Origin: Candidatus Altimarinota bacterium
GTDB lineage: Bacteria > Patescibacteriota > Gracilibacteria > CAIRYL01 > GCA-016699755
DNA length: 64,000 nt
Assembly: GCA_963664295.1 (NCBI GenBank)
Contig: OY760935.1
Span: 608,001-672,000 of the forward strand
Direction: 5' to 3'
The position numbers and the translations under genes are program-made. The notes under the pieces were generated by a model that saw only the letters and a list, made by a program, of their open reading frames with translations, was not told where the DNA came from and did not search any database. Below, in pieces: positions 28,135-38,127 of this stretch; the stretch's first letter is position 1; each line of letters starts with the position of its first letter.

Positions 28135-29276
28135 AAATATTTTTTTTGCAAAACAGGAGCAAGGTCAAGCTGTTCCCAAGAAAAACTTTTCCTGCCAAAA
28201 TGACCTCCTACTGCGGTTTTTTTGAATATTGGTTTTTTTAAATCAAGCTTTTTAATAATTTCCGCTGGTTTTAAAGGAAAATATTCCTGCACTATTTTTT
28301 GCAATTCTAAATTAGAAAATTTAGAAGTACCAAAAGAATTAACATAAACAGAAACTGGCTTGGCAACACCAATAGCATAAGCAATTTGTACTTGGCATTT
28401 TTCCGCCAATCCACCAGCAACAAGATTTTTTGCAATATAACGAGCCACATAAGCACCACTCCGATCAACTTTTGAAGCATCTTTTCCAGAAAAACACCCA
28501 CCACCATGCGCACAAACTCCACCATAAGTATCAACAATAATTTTTCTTCCGGTTAAGCCAGAGTCCGCAACCGGACCACCAAGAGCAAAACTCCCTGCAG
28601 GATTGCATAAAAACTTGGTTTTTTCATCAACCCAATCACCAAGCGAAGGCAAAACAAGCTCTTTCCAGAGAGACTTTTTTAATTCTTCTTGTTTTATCTT
28701 TGGATCATGTTGAGCAGAAACAACAACAGTATCCACTCTTTTTGGCTTTGCACTGCCATTTATATCGCCATTATCATACTCCACAGTCACCTGTGTTTTT
28801 CCGTCAGGTCGCAAAAAAGACAAAATATCTTGTTCACGCACTTTTGCTAATTTCCTAGCCATTTTATTTGCTAAGGTAATTGGCAAAGGCATATATTCTG
28901 GAGTTTCATTTGAAGCATAACCAAACATCATGCCCTGATCCCCTGCTCCTTGTTCTTTTTTACCTACTCCTTTAGCAATTTCTCGACTTTGCTCAGAAAT
29001 TGAAGAAATCACACCACAAGTGCGATAATCAAAACCTAATTCTGAAGAATTATAGCCAATTTTACGAATTACATCACGAGCCACTTTTTCAGTATTACAC
29101 CATGCTTCTGTGCTAATCTCACCAAAAATAAAAACTAAGCCAGATTTAACAGCACACTCCACAGCAACATGAGACTCCGGATCTTTTTCCAATAAATTAT
29201 CAAGAATTGCGTCGGAAATCTGATCGCAAACTTTGTCTGGGTGCCCCTTTGTGACTGATTCTGATGTAAAAAGCAT
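28131..29276 (-). CDS. metK: S-adenosylmethionine synthetase
   Basis: FTSESVTKGHPDK, GAGDQG, GLTGRKIIVDTYGG, KVDRS. Confidence 0.98.
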   Translation of the reverse strand: MLFTSESVTKGHPDKVCDQISDAILDNLLEKDPESHVAVECAVKSGLVFIFGEISTEAWCNTEKVARDVIRKIGYNSSELGFDYRTCGVISSISEQSREIAKGVGKKEQGAGDQGMMFGYASNETPEYMPLPITLANKMARKLAKVREQDILSFLRPDGKTQVTVEYDNGDINGSAKPKRVDTVVVSAQHDPKIKQEELKKSLWKELVLPSLGDWVDEKTKFLCNPAGSFALGGPVADSGLTGRKIIVDTYGGVCAHGGGCFSGKDASKVDRSGAYVARYIAKNLVAGGLAEKCQVQIAYAIGVAKPVSVYVNSFGTSKFSNLELQKIVQEYFPLKPAEIIKKLDLKKPIFKKTAVGGHFGRKSFSWEQLDLAPVLQKKYL

Positions 29277-29352
29277 GATCCAATTTTATAACAGACCATG
29301 CTTTTTGGTAAAGACGAATTAAATTAAAACTTTTTATATTAACAAAGTTATT

Positions 29353-29829
29353 TTAAAACTTTCCTGCTTGTTCATACTGAAACTGAATTAGCAACATAAA
29401 AAAATTACGATAAACAGGATCTTTGTCTTCTAAAAATTGATAAAGTTGATTTATTTTTTTTGCCACATGTTCAAGCAATTTTGCATCATCACAAGCTTTT
29501 AAAGCATCGCGAACACTCGCCCAAGATTTTAATTTCTCTGTAGCATTGAGCAATCTAGCCATAAACTTAAACAAAGGAGAAATAATCTCTTGAGAATAAA
29601 TATCCAATCTATTTTTTTGTGCACCAGCAATTAATTCAAATAAAGACTCAAGCTCATTCATTGCAAAATTTTGCAATTCTTCTATTGCGCTTTCTTCGTC
29701 CATATCAACTAATTTTCCTAAAACAGCGTCAATATTGCCTGCAACATCATTTTGTGCATTTTTTAATGTATCTCCTGATGGAGTTTGCTCTTTTTTTGGT
29801 AAACCAGATGGTTTATCGCTCAACTTCAT
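29353..29829 (-). CDS. Hypothetical protein
   Basis: 158-aa helical ORF, no motif recognised. Confidence 0.65.
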   Translation of the reverse strand: MKLSDKPSGLPKKEQTPSGDTLKNAQNDVAGNIDAVLGKLVDMDEESAIEELQNFAMNELESLFELIAGAQKNRLDIYSQEIISPLFKFMARLLNATEKLKSWASVRDALKACDDAKLLEHVAKKINQLYQFLEDKDPVYRNFFMLLIQFQYEQAGKF

Positions 29830-29851
29830 ATTTATTTAATTAAAATTAAAA

Positions 29852-30403
29852 TTACCAATTCCAACTACCACTGCTTGGAGCATAGTTATATGGATCTCTA
29901 GGCAGAGGCATTCTATCTTGTTCTAACATTTTGTCAACTTGTGCTCTTTTAGCTTCTGCTGATTCTCTTTGGTCAATTCCATTAACAACTGGTCTATCTA
30001 AAAAAGCCTTTTGCTTAGATGGTTTTCCTTTGTTTGGATTTGGATTTCTGTGTTTAGGCTCAAAATTTGTATCACTTATAACACGATCTACTTCTCGCAT
30101 AAAATGAGCCAAAGAAAATTGAAAACCATCAGGTAACTCAATTTGACCAAACATAGTCACTTGATTTTTAAGAATTCCTAATTCTTTTGCTCTTTTGCGA
30201 TTATCCATACGACCTAAAATTGTATTATTGATTTTATCTATCATGCCTTTTAGCTCTTTTGCAACATCTTGCTGTAAATCTGTTAGCTCACTATCATCAA
30301 CAAGCCTAACTTCACCATACTTAATTTGTACTTTTGCATACACTTCTTCTCGTGCTTGCATTTTTGCTGTGCGTTGATTTATTTCTGATTGATTTAGTCC
30401 CAT
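29852..30403 (-). CDS. Hypothetical protein
   Basis: 183-aa ORF, no motif recognised. Confidence 0.65.
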   Translation of the reverse strand: MGLNQSEINQRTAKMQAREEVYAKVQIKYGEVRLVDDSELTDLQQDVAKELKGMIDKINNTILGRMDNRKRAKELGILKNQVTMFGQIELPDGFQFSLAHFMREVDRVISDTNFEPKHRNPNPNKGKPSKQKAFLDRPVVNGIDQRESAEAKRAQVDKMLEQDRMPLPRDPYNYAPSSGSWNW

Positions 30404-30478
30404 ATTTTTATTAGTTAAATTTAAAAAAAGGAAAATATTTTATTCCAATTTTGGATTATGTCAAGACCAAAATTAATT

Positions 30479-31810
30479 TTAGAGGTTTTTCACTGCTTTT
30501 ATAAAATCATCTCCTTGCTCTTTATAGTCTTTCCAAAGGGAAAAACTAGCACTAGCAGTAGAAAGCAAAACAACTGTGCCTCTTGGTGCCTCTTGAGCAG
30601 AAAAACGCACTGCCGAGAGCATATTTTTTGCAAAAAATATCTTTGGTTTATAGTCTTTTTCTTTAATTTTTTTAATTTCTTTCCAAATTTTTTTACCATT
30701 TTTTGGAAAAAACACCAAAACCGGCACTTTAATTTTAATTATTTTCTGCGCTAATTCCTTGAAATCCAGCCCCCTATCATGCCCACCAAGAAAAATTGCA
30801 CCCATATTATCACTAAATACTTCCAAAGCAGCTATTGTCGAATCTGGGGTTGTAGAAATCGCATCATCCCAATATTCTATTCCTTTTTTTTGTGCAATAA
30901 AATTAAGCCTATGTGGAAGCGGACGCATTTTGTTTAAACCTTTTTCTATATTTTCATTACTTATTTCCAATGATTTTGCCACATAAACTGAGGCCAATAA
31001 ATTTTGTAAATTATGATGACCAAGTAATTTAATATCTTTTATTGAAGCCACTTCTTTTTTTTCAAATTCAAAATGTTCACCCCTGACCATGCCAAATCGC
31101 AATATTTTTGATTTTGGACGAAAAGACAACTTAAAACCATCAGGAATAATAGCAATATCCTCTTTTTTTTGGTTTTTAAAAATATTCATCTTAGCATTAA
31201 GGTAATTATCAAAACCACCATGATAATCCAAATGCTCAGGAAAAAATGAGGTTAAAACCGCTATGTCCGGAGAATACGGAAAATGCTCCAGTTGATAACT
31301 AGAAAGCTCAACAACATAATAAGTACTTTTTTTTATTGCTGTTTTGCGAGTGTTTAACTCGTTTAATACTGGATTGCCAATATTGCCAATTATTTTTACA
31401 TTTTTACCTGCTGTTTTAAGAATTTTATAAATTGCTGTGGTGGTTGTTGATTTACCTTTACTTCCCGTTATTCCTATTATCTTCCCCTTGGCATTGGCAA
31501 AAAAAATCTCCATTGCTGAGCTTATTCTGCTTGCTTTTTCTAAGCCTTTTGTTGTCGGCTTTATCCCTGGGCTTTTAATCACCAAATCAAACTCTTCAAT
31601 ATTTTTTAAATAATTTCTGCCTAAATTTGCTTTATAGCCAGTTTTTTTAAGAGCTTCTTTTGCCTCTTTGCTTAATTCTTTGGTTTTTTTAATATCTGCG
31701 ACCTCAACTTTCTTTGCTTTTATTTTTTTCAAAAAACTAAGCACAGAAACTCCCTCCACACCTAAACCAATAACTAATATTTTTTTGTCTTTTAATTTTT
31801 CTATTTTCAT
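30479..31810 (-). CDS. murD: UDP-MurNAc-L-Ala--glutamate ligase (likely MurD2, L-Glu type)
   Basis: GLGVEG, KSPGI, GITGSKGKSTT, ELSSYQL, LPHRL, DDAISTTPDST; next to a murL-like gene. Confidence 0.9.
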   Translation of the reverse strand: MKIEKLKDKKILVIGLGVEGVSVLSFLKKIKAKKVEVADIKKTKELSKEAKEALKKTGYKANLGRNYLKNIEEFDLVIKSPGIKPTTKGLEKASRISSAMEIFFANAKGKIIGITGSKGKSTTTTAIYKILKTAGKNVKIIGNIGNPVLNELNTRKTAIKKSTYYVVELSSYQLEHFPYSPDIAVLTSFFPEHLDYHGGFDNYLNAKMNIFKNQKKEDIAIIPDGFKLSFRPKSKILRFGMVRGEHFEFEKKEVASIKDIKLLGHHNLQNLLASVYVAKSLEISNENIEKGLNKMRPLPHRLNFIAQKKGIEYWDDAISTTPDSTIAALEVFSDNMGAIFLGGHDRGLDFKELAQKIIKIKVPVLVFFPKNGKKIWKEIKKIKEKDYKPKIFFAKNMLSAVRFSAQEAPRGTVVLLSTASASFSLWKDYKEQGDDFIKAVKNL

Positions 31811-33151
31811 TTATTCAATAAGAGATAAAAATTCCTCTGGAATATTGTGCTCTGCGCGTTCATTTAATATCTGATCCAAATCCACAAATGGCAAATCTGC
31901 TTTTATAAAATCCTGCAAAACCACCTCGTCTTCTGTTGGTTCTTGTAATTTTATTGCTTTCTGCAAACAAGCTTGCACTTCTTTTTTTGTGCCTACACAT
32001 TCAAAAGGCTTAATTTTATTTTCATCATATAGAGCCTGAAAAGCAGGCACTAACGCATTTTTTGTAAATAAATTTGCACCAAAAATTTCTACTAATTTTT
32101 CGCGAGGCAAAAATGCAGAAAAAAGCGCAAAAACAAAGGCACATTTTGGACAATTTCCACACCAATTTCCTTCAAAATCTTTATCACTCTGGCGAAAATT
32201 TCTATTACAACTAGTAAAATCCTGAAAAAATTGCTTATTTTCCACAAAAATCTGCACTATTTTTGGCTCAGAATACGGACGAAGCAAAGAAAAATAATTC
32301 AACAAAGGACAATTGCAATTTTTTATATATTCTCTGATTTCTTTTTCTGCCTCCAAACTTTTTGACCATTGATGATTTATTTCCATGCCTAAAAACTCAG
32401 TATTACCAAAATTTGCAGAATTCTCATTGGCAGTAATTATATCTTTTGCACCAACAAAAAGACCTGCCAAAGTTGCAGAAAAAGCTAAAATAAGCGAAAA
32501 AGGAACATGACCATTATAAAATTTACCTGTTTTATTTAATTCAAAAAGTTGCGGATCAAGTTGGCGCTTAATTATTATTGGTTTTTTAGCTAATTTCTCC
32601 GCTTGTTTAAGAGAATATTCATTATTGCCTAAAATTAAAGGAGTAAAATCAATTTTATTTTTTTGCATTAAAATTCCTGCAGTAAGGGAATCCTTACCAC
32701 CGCCTAAGCAAAGTAAGTTCAAGCCTTTTTCTGGCTTACGATCACGCGGATCAATAAAAGATTCTGCACAAGTTTTATTTTCAAAATTAATTAAATCGCG
32801 AAAATCAATTTTGTTTTGATAAAAAAACTCGCCCAAGCCTTTTGTGTAAACCTTTTTCCAAAATTCTTTTTGTTCATAAGTCAAACAGCCACTTTTTATA
32901 ATTATTTTTGGCGGAACAGTAAGCTTATAATAACTAAGCCCCAAGGCAAGATGAAGAGTAAAAAGAGCTCTTTTTAATGCTGTTTCTGTTGGTTTTCTTA
33001 ATTCTATATCGTCAGGAAATTGCAAAATTAAATTTTCCTGAAATTCATAACCATTTAATTTATAATTAAAAAATGCTTTATGTTCTTTTTCGTCAAAAGA
33101 AAAGCTCTCCAATATAAACTCTTTGCCTAGTGATTTATTTAGTTTTTCCAT
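31811..33151 (-). CDS. murL: UDP-MurNAc-L-Ala-L-Glu epimerase MurL-like (start set at MEKLNK)
   Basis: SYYK, GGGKDS, NGHVPFS, NENSAN, NHQWSKS, SCN, WCGNCPKC, KPFECVG. Confidence 0.8.
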   Translation of the reverse strand: MEKLNKSLGKEFILESFSFDEKEHKAFFNYKLNGYEFQENLILQFPDDIELRKPTETALKRALFTLHLALGLSYYKLTVPPKIIIKSGCLTYEQKEFWKKVYTKGLGEFFYQNKIDFRDLINFENKTCAESFIDPRDRKPEKGLNLLCLGGGKDSLTAGILMQKNKIDFTPLILGNNEYSLKQAEKLAKKPIIIKRQLDPQLFELNKTGKFYNGHVPFSLILAFSATLAGLFVGAKDIITANENSANFGNTEFLGMEINHQWSKSLEAEKEIREYIKNCNCPLLNYFSLLRPYSEPKIVQIFVENKQFFQDFTSCNRNFRQSDKDFEGNWCGNCPKCAFVFALFSAFLPREKLVEIFGANLFTKNALVPAFQALYDENKIKPFECVGTKKEVQACLQKAIKLQEPTEDEVVLQDFIKADLPFVDLDQILNERAEHNIPEEFLSLIE

Positions 33152-33164
33152 CTTTATTTTTATT

Positions 33165-33476
33165 TTAACTCCGCCCTGCTTTTTTGGCAATTTTGATAAT
33201 TTCATCAATATCATCATCACTTGCTACTTTATTTTTGATAATTTTCCCGCACTTTAAACATTGATGATGAATTATATAATTATCTGGACCACCATCTATA
33301 TAAAGTGGCTTCATTAAGCCATGACAATCTGAAAGACGATCACCTGGGAAATCCTGATCCACATGCAAAGAATAAAGGCATTTTTTGCAATGATTACGAC
33401 AAGTTTTTTCTGCTGGTGGATTTTTTTCTCCACAATTTTGGCAAATAAAACCTTCGTTTATTACTTTAAAACTCAT
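33165..33476 (-). CDS. RNHCP domain protein
   Basis: FICQNCG...CRNHCKKCLYSLHVD..PGDR..CHGLM...CLKCG. Confidence 0.88.
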   Translation of the reverse strand: MSFKVINEGFICQNCGEKNPPAEKTCRNHCKKCLYSLHVDQDFPGDRLSDCHGLMKPLYIDGGPDNYIIHHQCLKCGKIIKNKVASDDDIDEIIKIAKKAGRS

Positions 33477-33847
33477 GTAATAAATTCAAAACCAGCTTCT
33501 ATTAAAACTTTTTTTACTTTTGTGAAATTTTTTTCTTTTGTAAAAATATAATCTGTATCAAATGTGCTAATTGCAAAAATAGAAATATTGGCTTTTGCAA
33601 GAGGTCTAGCAATACTCTCTAAAATACCAATAAAATTAAAATCTAATTGACCTGAAATAAAAAATCCTTTCCAGTTTTTTTCAATTTCACCTCCAAAATT
33701 AGCCAAATTCTGTGGACAAACTATTGATAGCTCATTTTCTGTACGAGTTATGGAAGTAAGTTCACCATTTTTTAAATCTGGCACTTCTGCATTTGAAGGT
33801 AATTTAATTACTGCATAAACTTCTTTTAGCTCTTTTAGCTTAAGCAT
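33473..33847 (-). CDS. ACT domain protein (ACT_7/CASTOR-like)
   Basis: SITRTENELSIVC, LDFNFIGIL...LAKANISIFAISTFDTDYI. Confidence 0.88.
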   Translation of the reverse strand: MLKLKELKEVYAVIKLPSNAEVPDLKNGELTSITRTENELSIVCPQNLANFGGEIEKNWKGFFISGQLDFNFIGILESIARPLAKANISIFAISTFDTDYIFTKEKNFTKVKKVLIEAGFEFIT

Positions 33848-33850
33848 TGC

Positions 33851-34948
33851 TTAAACATTAAATTTAAAAAGTAAAATATCGCCATCTTGAACTATGTAGT
33901 CTTTGCCAACGCTTTGTACTAGGCCTTTTTCGCGTGCACCTTGCCAGCCATTTGCGGAAATAAAGTTTTCCCAACCTACACAATCTGCCTTAATAAAACC
34001 TTTTTCAAAATCTGTGTGGATTTTGCCTGCAGATTGCGGAGCTGTGCTGTTTATTTCTACTGCCCAAGCACGAGCTTCTTTTTCACCTGCTGTAAAATAT
34101 GAAATTAATCCCAATATTTTATAAGATTCTTGAATAAGTCTTTCTAGTCCACTTTTTTGCAAGCCTATACTTTCTAAAAATTCTTTTCTTTCTTCGCCTA
34201 TGAGCAAGGCTATTTCTGATTCTATTTTTGCAGAAATTGGAATTAATCCCTCTTTTTCGTTTAGGTCTAATGCTTTTCGCGCTTGATCTATATCAAAACT
34301 TGCTACTTCATCTTCTGCAACATTAGCAACATATAAAAATGGCTTACGAGTAATTAAAAATAATTGATTTATTGCTTTTTCTTGTTTTTCATCATCAAAT
34401 TGAACTGTATTTGCCTTTTTTCCATCAGAAAGAACTTGATAAACCTGTTCTATTGCTTCTGCTATTGCGATTTTTTCCTTATCCCCTGTTTTTGTGTCAT
34501 TTTTAGCTTTTTGCAAGGCTTTTTCTGCTGTTTCCAGGTCTTTTAGTACTAGTTCTGTTTCTAAAATTTCTTTATCTCTTTTTGGGTCATGCGAACCCAT
34601 GACATGAGTCACATTTGAATCGCCAAAAAACCTGAGTACTAAACAAATTGCATCAGTTTCGCGAATATGCGCAAGAAACTGATTTCCTAGACCTTCCCCT
34701 TTTGAAGCCCCTTCAACAAGACCAGCAATATCCACAAATTCAACTGTTTCATAAATTGTTTTTTGTGTTTTTACTGTTTCTGCAATTTTATCTAATCTTT
34801 CATCTCGCACTGGCACTTTGCCAACATTAGGATCAATTGTGCAGAAAGGAAAATTTTCCGCTCCTGCTTTTGATGACTCTGTGAGTGCATTAAAAAGTGT
34901 TGATTTGCCTGCATTTGGCAAGCCGACTATTCCTATTTGTAATGACAT
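33851..34948 (-). CDS. ychF: Redox-regulated ATPase YchF
   Basis: GIVGLPNAGKSTLFNALT, FPFCTIDPN, DIAGLV, GEGLGNQFL, IHTDFEKGFI. Confidence 0.98.
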   Translation of the reverse strand: MSLQIGIVGLPNAGKSTLFNALTESSKAGAENFPFCTIDPNVGKVPVRDERLDKIAETVKTQKTIYETVEFVDIAGLVEGASKGEGLGNQFLAHIRETDAICLVLRFFGDSNVTHVMGSHDPKRDKEILETELVLKDLETAEKALQKAKNDTKTGDKEKIAIAEAIEQVYQVLSDGKKANTVQFDDEKQEKAINQLFLITRKPFLYVANVAEDEVASFDIDQARKALDLNEKEGLIPISAKIESEIALLIGEERKEFLESIGLQKSGLERLIQESYKILGLISYFTAGEKEARAWAVEINSTAPQSAGKIHTDFEKGFIKADCVGWENFISANGWQGAREKGLVQSVGKDYIVQDGDILLFKFNV

Positions 34949-35076
34949 GCGAAAATCATACGGATTTATATTCTGCTTTTCAAGCCTTTGTCTCTTGTTT
35001 GATAAATAAAACTTTTGACAAAAAATAAAAATTATTATTATATTTTTCTGTTGTTTTTAACTTTTTTAAAAAAATT

Positions 35077-35331
35077 ATGGAAATACTCAAAAAATTCATT
35101 TACTTCAAGGAAATGATAGTTGCCAAATATCTTTTGGTTATACTTCATGCGGTTATTCAAGTGTTTGCTTGTCTTGGCATCTTGGCAACTGCTTTTAGGG
35201 AAAATCTTTTAGCAATTTTCTTAATTCCTATTGCTTTTGTGCTTATTCGTTTTTATTTTGAGCTAATAACAGTTATTTTTTCAATCAATAACAATCTTTC
35301 TGATATTAAAGACGAATTAAGTAAAAAATAA
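35077..35331 (+). CDS. Small membrane protein (DUF4282-like)
   Basis: F.F..MI...R.YFELITVIFSINNNL pattern; two TM helices. Confidence 0.6.
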   Translation: MEILKKFIYFKEMIVAKYLLVILHAVIQVFACLGILATAFRENLLAIFLIPIAFVLIRFYFELITVIFSINNNLSDIKDELSKK

Positions 35332-35332
35332 T

Positions 35333-35842
35333 CTAGATATCAATACTATCCATATCTAGGTCTGAACTTGCTTTTGCAGAACCTTTCCAAATAATACGAA
35401 CTCTACGAAAACCCTCCTCTCCTACAGAATCAGTTGTTAAATCAGAATATTCATCTTTGGCAAGTTCTAAATGAACTAATCTTCTCAAAAAAGGATTTAA
35501 AGGCGGAAGAATTTGTGTGATTTTAGTTGCACGAACAGCTTCTGCCTTTTCTTTTGCCATTTCCATAATTTGTTCCTGCTTTCTAGTTTTAAAACCCTCT
35601 ATGTCTACAACCAAAAAAATAGTTTCATCTGGAAATTTCTTCCAAAGTAAATTTTTTGCAAGATGTTGAAGTGCTTCAAGATTTCGTCCTTGGGCGCCAA
35701 TCAAAAGAGGTGCTTCCTCGCTTTCTATATTAGCTCGCACAATATTACCATCTTCTTCTGTGGTTGTTATTTTGCTATAAGTAAAACCCATTTTGCCTAA
35801 TAATTCTGACAACAAATCTTTTACTTCAACTGTTTTTTCCAT
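35333..35842 (-). CDS. Jag/KhpB (KH + R3H) RNA-binding protein
   Basis: LLIGAQGRNLEALQ (KH), LNPFLRRLVH (R3H), SVGEEGFRRV. Confidence 0.88.
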   Translation of the reverse strand: MEKTVEVKDLLSELLGKMGFTYSKITTTEEDGNIVRANIESEEAPLLIGAQGRNLEALQHLAKNLLWKKFPDETIFLVVDIEGFKTRKQEQIMEMAKEKAEAVRATKITQILPPLNPFLRRLVHLELAKDEYSDLTTDSVGEEGFRRVRIIWKGSAKASSDLDMDSIDI

Positions 35843-35915
35843 AATGATACAAAAATCAGTTTAGATAATTACACAAGTTATTTTTTAATTCAAGCCTTGC
35901 AAGAAAAAAGCGGTT

Positions 35916-37622
35916 ATGGCAAACTTTTATGCGATTAACTTATCAAAAATGATTGGCGCAGAAGTATTACTAGAATGTTTAAAAAAAGAAGGCGTAGAAG
36001 TAATTTTCGGTTATCCGGGAGGCGTTGTCTTGCCTTTTTATGATAAATTAAATCAACAAAAAGACATTCGTCATATACTTGTTCGCCATGAACAAGCTGC
36101 TGCCATGGCTGCAGATGGCTATTCTCGTTGTAGTGATAAAACTGGTGTTTGCTTAGCCACTTCCGGCCCTGGAGCAACAAACTTAGTCACTGGTATTGCC
36201 AATGCTTTCTTGGACTCTATTCCTATGGTGGTTATCACTGGTCAAGTATCTAGTTTTGCTATTGGCACTGATGCTTTTCAGGAGGTTGATATCTTTGGAA
36301 TTTGTACGCCAATTACCAAACAATGTTATCAGGTGCTTGATGCCAATGATTTACCAAGAATTATCAAAGAAGCTTTTCATATAGCCAAAAATGGCAGACC
36401 AGGTCCTGTACTTATTGATATTCCTAAAAATATTTTTGAACAAAAAGTAGAAAATTTTAAATATCCAAAAAAAGTTGATTTACCAGGCTATAAGCCAATT
36501 CGCGAAGGCAATCCAGGTCAAATCGAAAAAGCACATAATTTAATCAAAAAATCCAAAAAACCAGTTGTATTAGCTGGTCATGGAATTGTGCTTGGCAATG
36601 CAGAAAAAGAATTCATCGAATTTGCTGAAAAACTCCAAGCTCCAGTTATTTCCACTCTTTTGGCTATGGATATTCTGCCAAAAAGCCATGATCTTAATTT
36701 TGGAATGCTGGGAATGCATGGCGAGCTTGCTGCTAATCTCGCTGTGCACAATAGCGACTTAGTTATTGGTATTGGTCTTCGTTTTGATGATCGCGTACTT
36801 GGACGGGCAGATGAATTTGCCCCTAATGCTAAAGTTATTCATATTGATATTGATCGTGCAGAAATAGGCAAAAACAGAATTGTTGATGTGCCGATTGTTG
36901 GTGACACCAAGCTTGTTATTCCCGAATTGCTCAAAAATTTTGCAACAAAAGATCATTCCAGCTGGTTAAAGCAATTAAAATCATGGAACGATGAAAAAGA
37001 AACAAAATTAAAAGCAAAAATTAGAGAATATACTCATCTTTCTGCCGGCGATGTTATTAAAAAAATCTCAGATATAACCAAAGGAGAAGCAGTTGTTTCT
37101 GCAGATGTAGGACAAAATCAAATGTGGACTGCCTGCAGATATGAATTTAAAACACCAAAAAATCATATATCCTCAGGAGGTCTTGGCACAATGGGCTTTT
37201 CTGTGCCTTCGGCAATGGGTGCTAAAGTTGCCCGCCCAAAAGACACAGTACTTGCTATTTGCGGAGATGGCGGTTTTCAAATGAACATGCAAGAACTTAT
37301 GACTCTTATACAAGATGATATTCAAGTAAAAATTGTTATCTTAAACAACGGCTTTTTAGGAATGGTTCGTCAATGGCAAGAGTTATTTTATAATAAAAAC
37401 TATTCTTATACTCCTTTAATTGGTCCTGATTTTACAAAATTAGCAGAAAGCTTTGGGGTTAAGGCTTATAAAGCTGAGACCATGGAAGAATTAGAAAAAA
37501 ACTTTAAAGCTTGCTTAAAACACAATGGTCCAACTCTTTTAGAAGTTCGTACAGAAGCAGAAGAAAATGTTTTCCCTATGGTTTCTCCTGGTTCAACTTT
37601 AAAAGAAACAAGAATAAATTAA
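35916..37622 (+). CDS. ilvB: Acetolactate synthase large subunit (alternative start 35949)
   Basis: FGYPGG, RHEQAA, TSGPGATN, DAFQE, DVGQNQMW, ThDP motif GDGGFQMN...LNNG.LGMVRQWQ. Confidence 0.97.
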   Translation: MANFYAINLSKMIGAEVLLECLKKEGVEVIFGYPGGVVLPFYDKLNQQKDIRHILVRHEQAAAMAADGYSRCSDKTGVCLATSGPGATNLVTGIANAFLDSIPMVVITGQVSSFAIGTDAFQEVDIFGICTPITKQCYQVLDANDLPRIIKEAFHIAKNGRPGPVLIDIPKNIFEQKVENFKYPKKVDLPGYKPIREGNPGQIEKAHNLIKKSKKPVVLAGHGIVLGNAEKEFIEFAEKLQAPVISTLLAMDILPKSHDLNFGMLGMHGELAANLAVHNSDLVIGIGLRFDDRVLGRADEFAPNAKVIHIDIDRAEIGKNRIVDVPIVGDTKLVIPELLKNFATKDHSSWLKQLKSWNDEKETKLKAKIREYTHLSAGDVIKKISDITKGEAVVSADVGQNQMWTACRYEFKTPKNHISSGGLGTMGFSVPSAMGAKVARPKDTVLAICGDGGFQMNMQELMTLIQDDIQVKIVILNNGFLGMVRQWQELFYNKNYSYTPLIGPDFTKLAESFGVKAYKAETMEELEKNFKACLKHNGPTLLEVRTEAEENVFPMVSPGSTLKETRIN

Positions 37623-37626
37623 AAAT

Positions 37627-38109
37627 ATGAAATCACACATTTTAATATTAAAGGCAATAAATACCTATGGTGTCCTTGGAAAAGTCACCAACCTACTTCG
37701 CAGAAGAAGATTTAATATCGAAGGCTTAACAGCAGGTCATACAGACCAAAAAGGAATATCACACATCACTGTTGCTTTTTCTTCGGAGGATGATTTCAAT
37801 GCAGAACAAGCCAAAAAACAACTTTCCAAAATAGTTGAGGTTATTAGCGTGCGTGATGTACAAGAAAAATCAGTAATCAGAGAAATTGCCTTATTTAAAC
37901 TTCATTGCTCAGAAAAAACCAAGGCTCCAATTTTTGATGCAACAAAATTATTCGAAGGAAAAATTGTAGATAGTAGTAAAAAAACAATAATAGTAGAAAT
38001 AACCGGCACACCAAAAAGAATAGACCAATTCCATGAATTAGTAAGAAATTACGGCGTAAAAGAATTCATAAGATCCAGCGTAATTGCTGTCAAATCTGAT
38101 ATAAATTAA
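37627..38109 (+). CDS. ilvN: Acetolactate synthase small (regulatory) subunit
   Basis: GVLGKVTNLLRRRRFNIEGL, KQLSKIVEV, REIAL; lies between ilvB and ilvC. Confidence 0.9.
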   Translation: MKSHILILKAINTYGVLGKVTNLLRRRRFNIEGLTAGHTDQKGISHITVAFSSEDDFNAEQAKKQLSKIVEVISVRDVQEKSVIREIALFKLHCSEKTKAPIFDATKLFEGKIVDSSKKTIIVEITGTPKRIDQFHELVRNYGVKEFIRSSVIAVKSDIN

Positions 38110-38127
38110 AAATTTAACCATAAAAAA

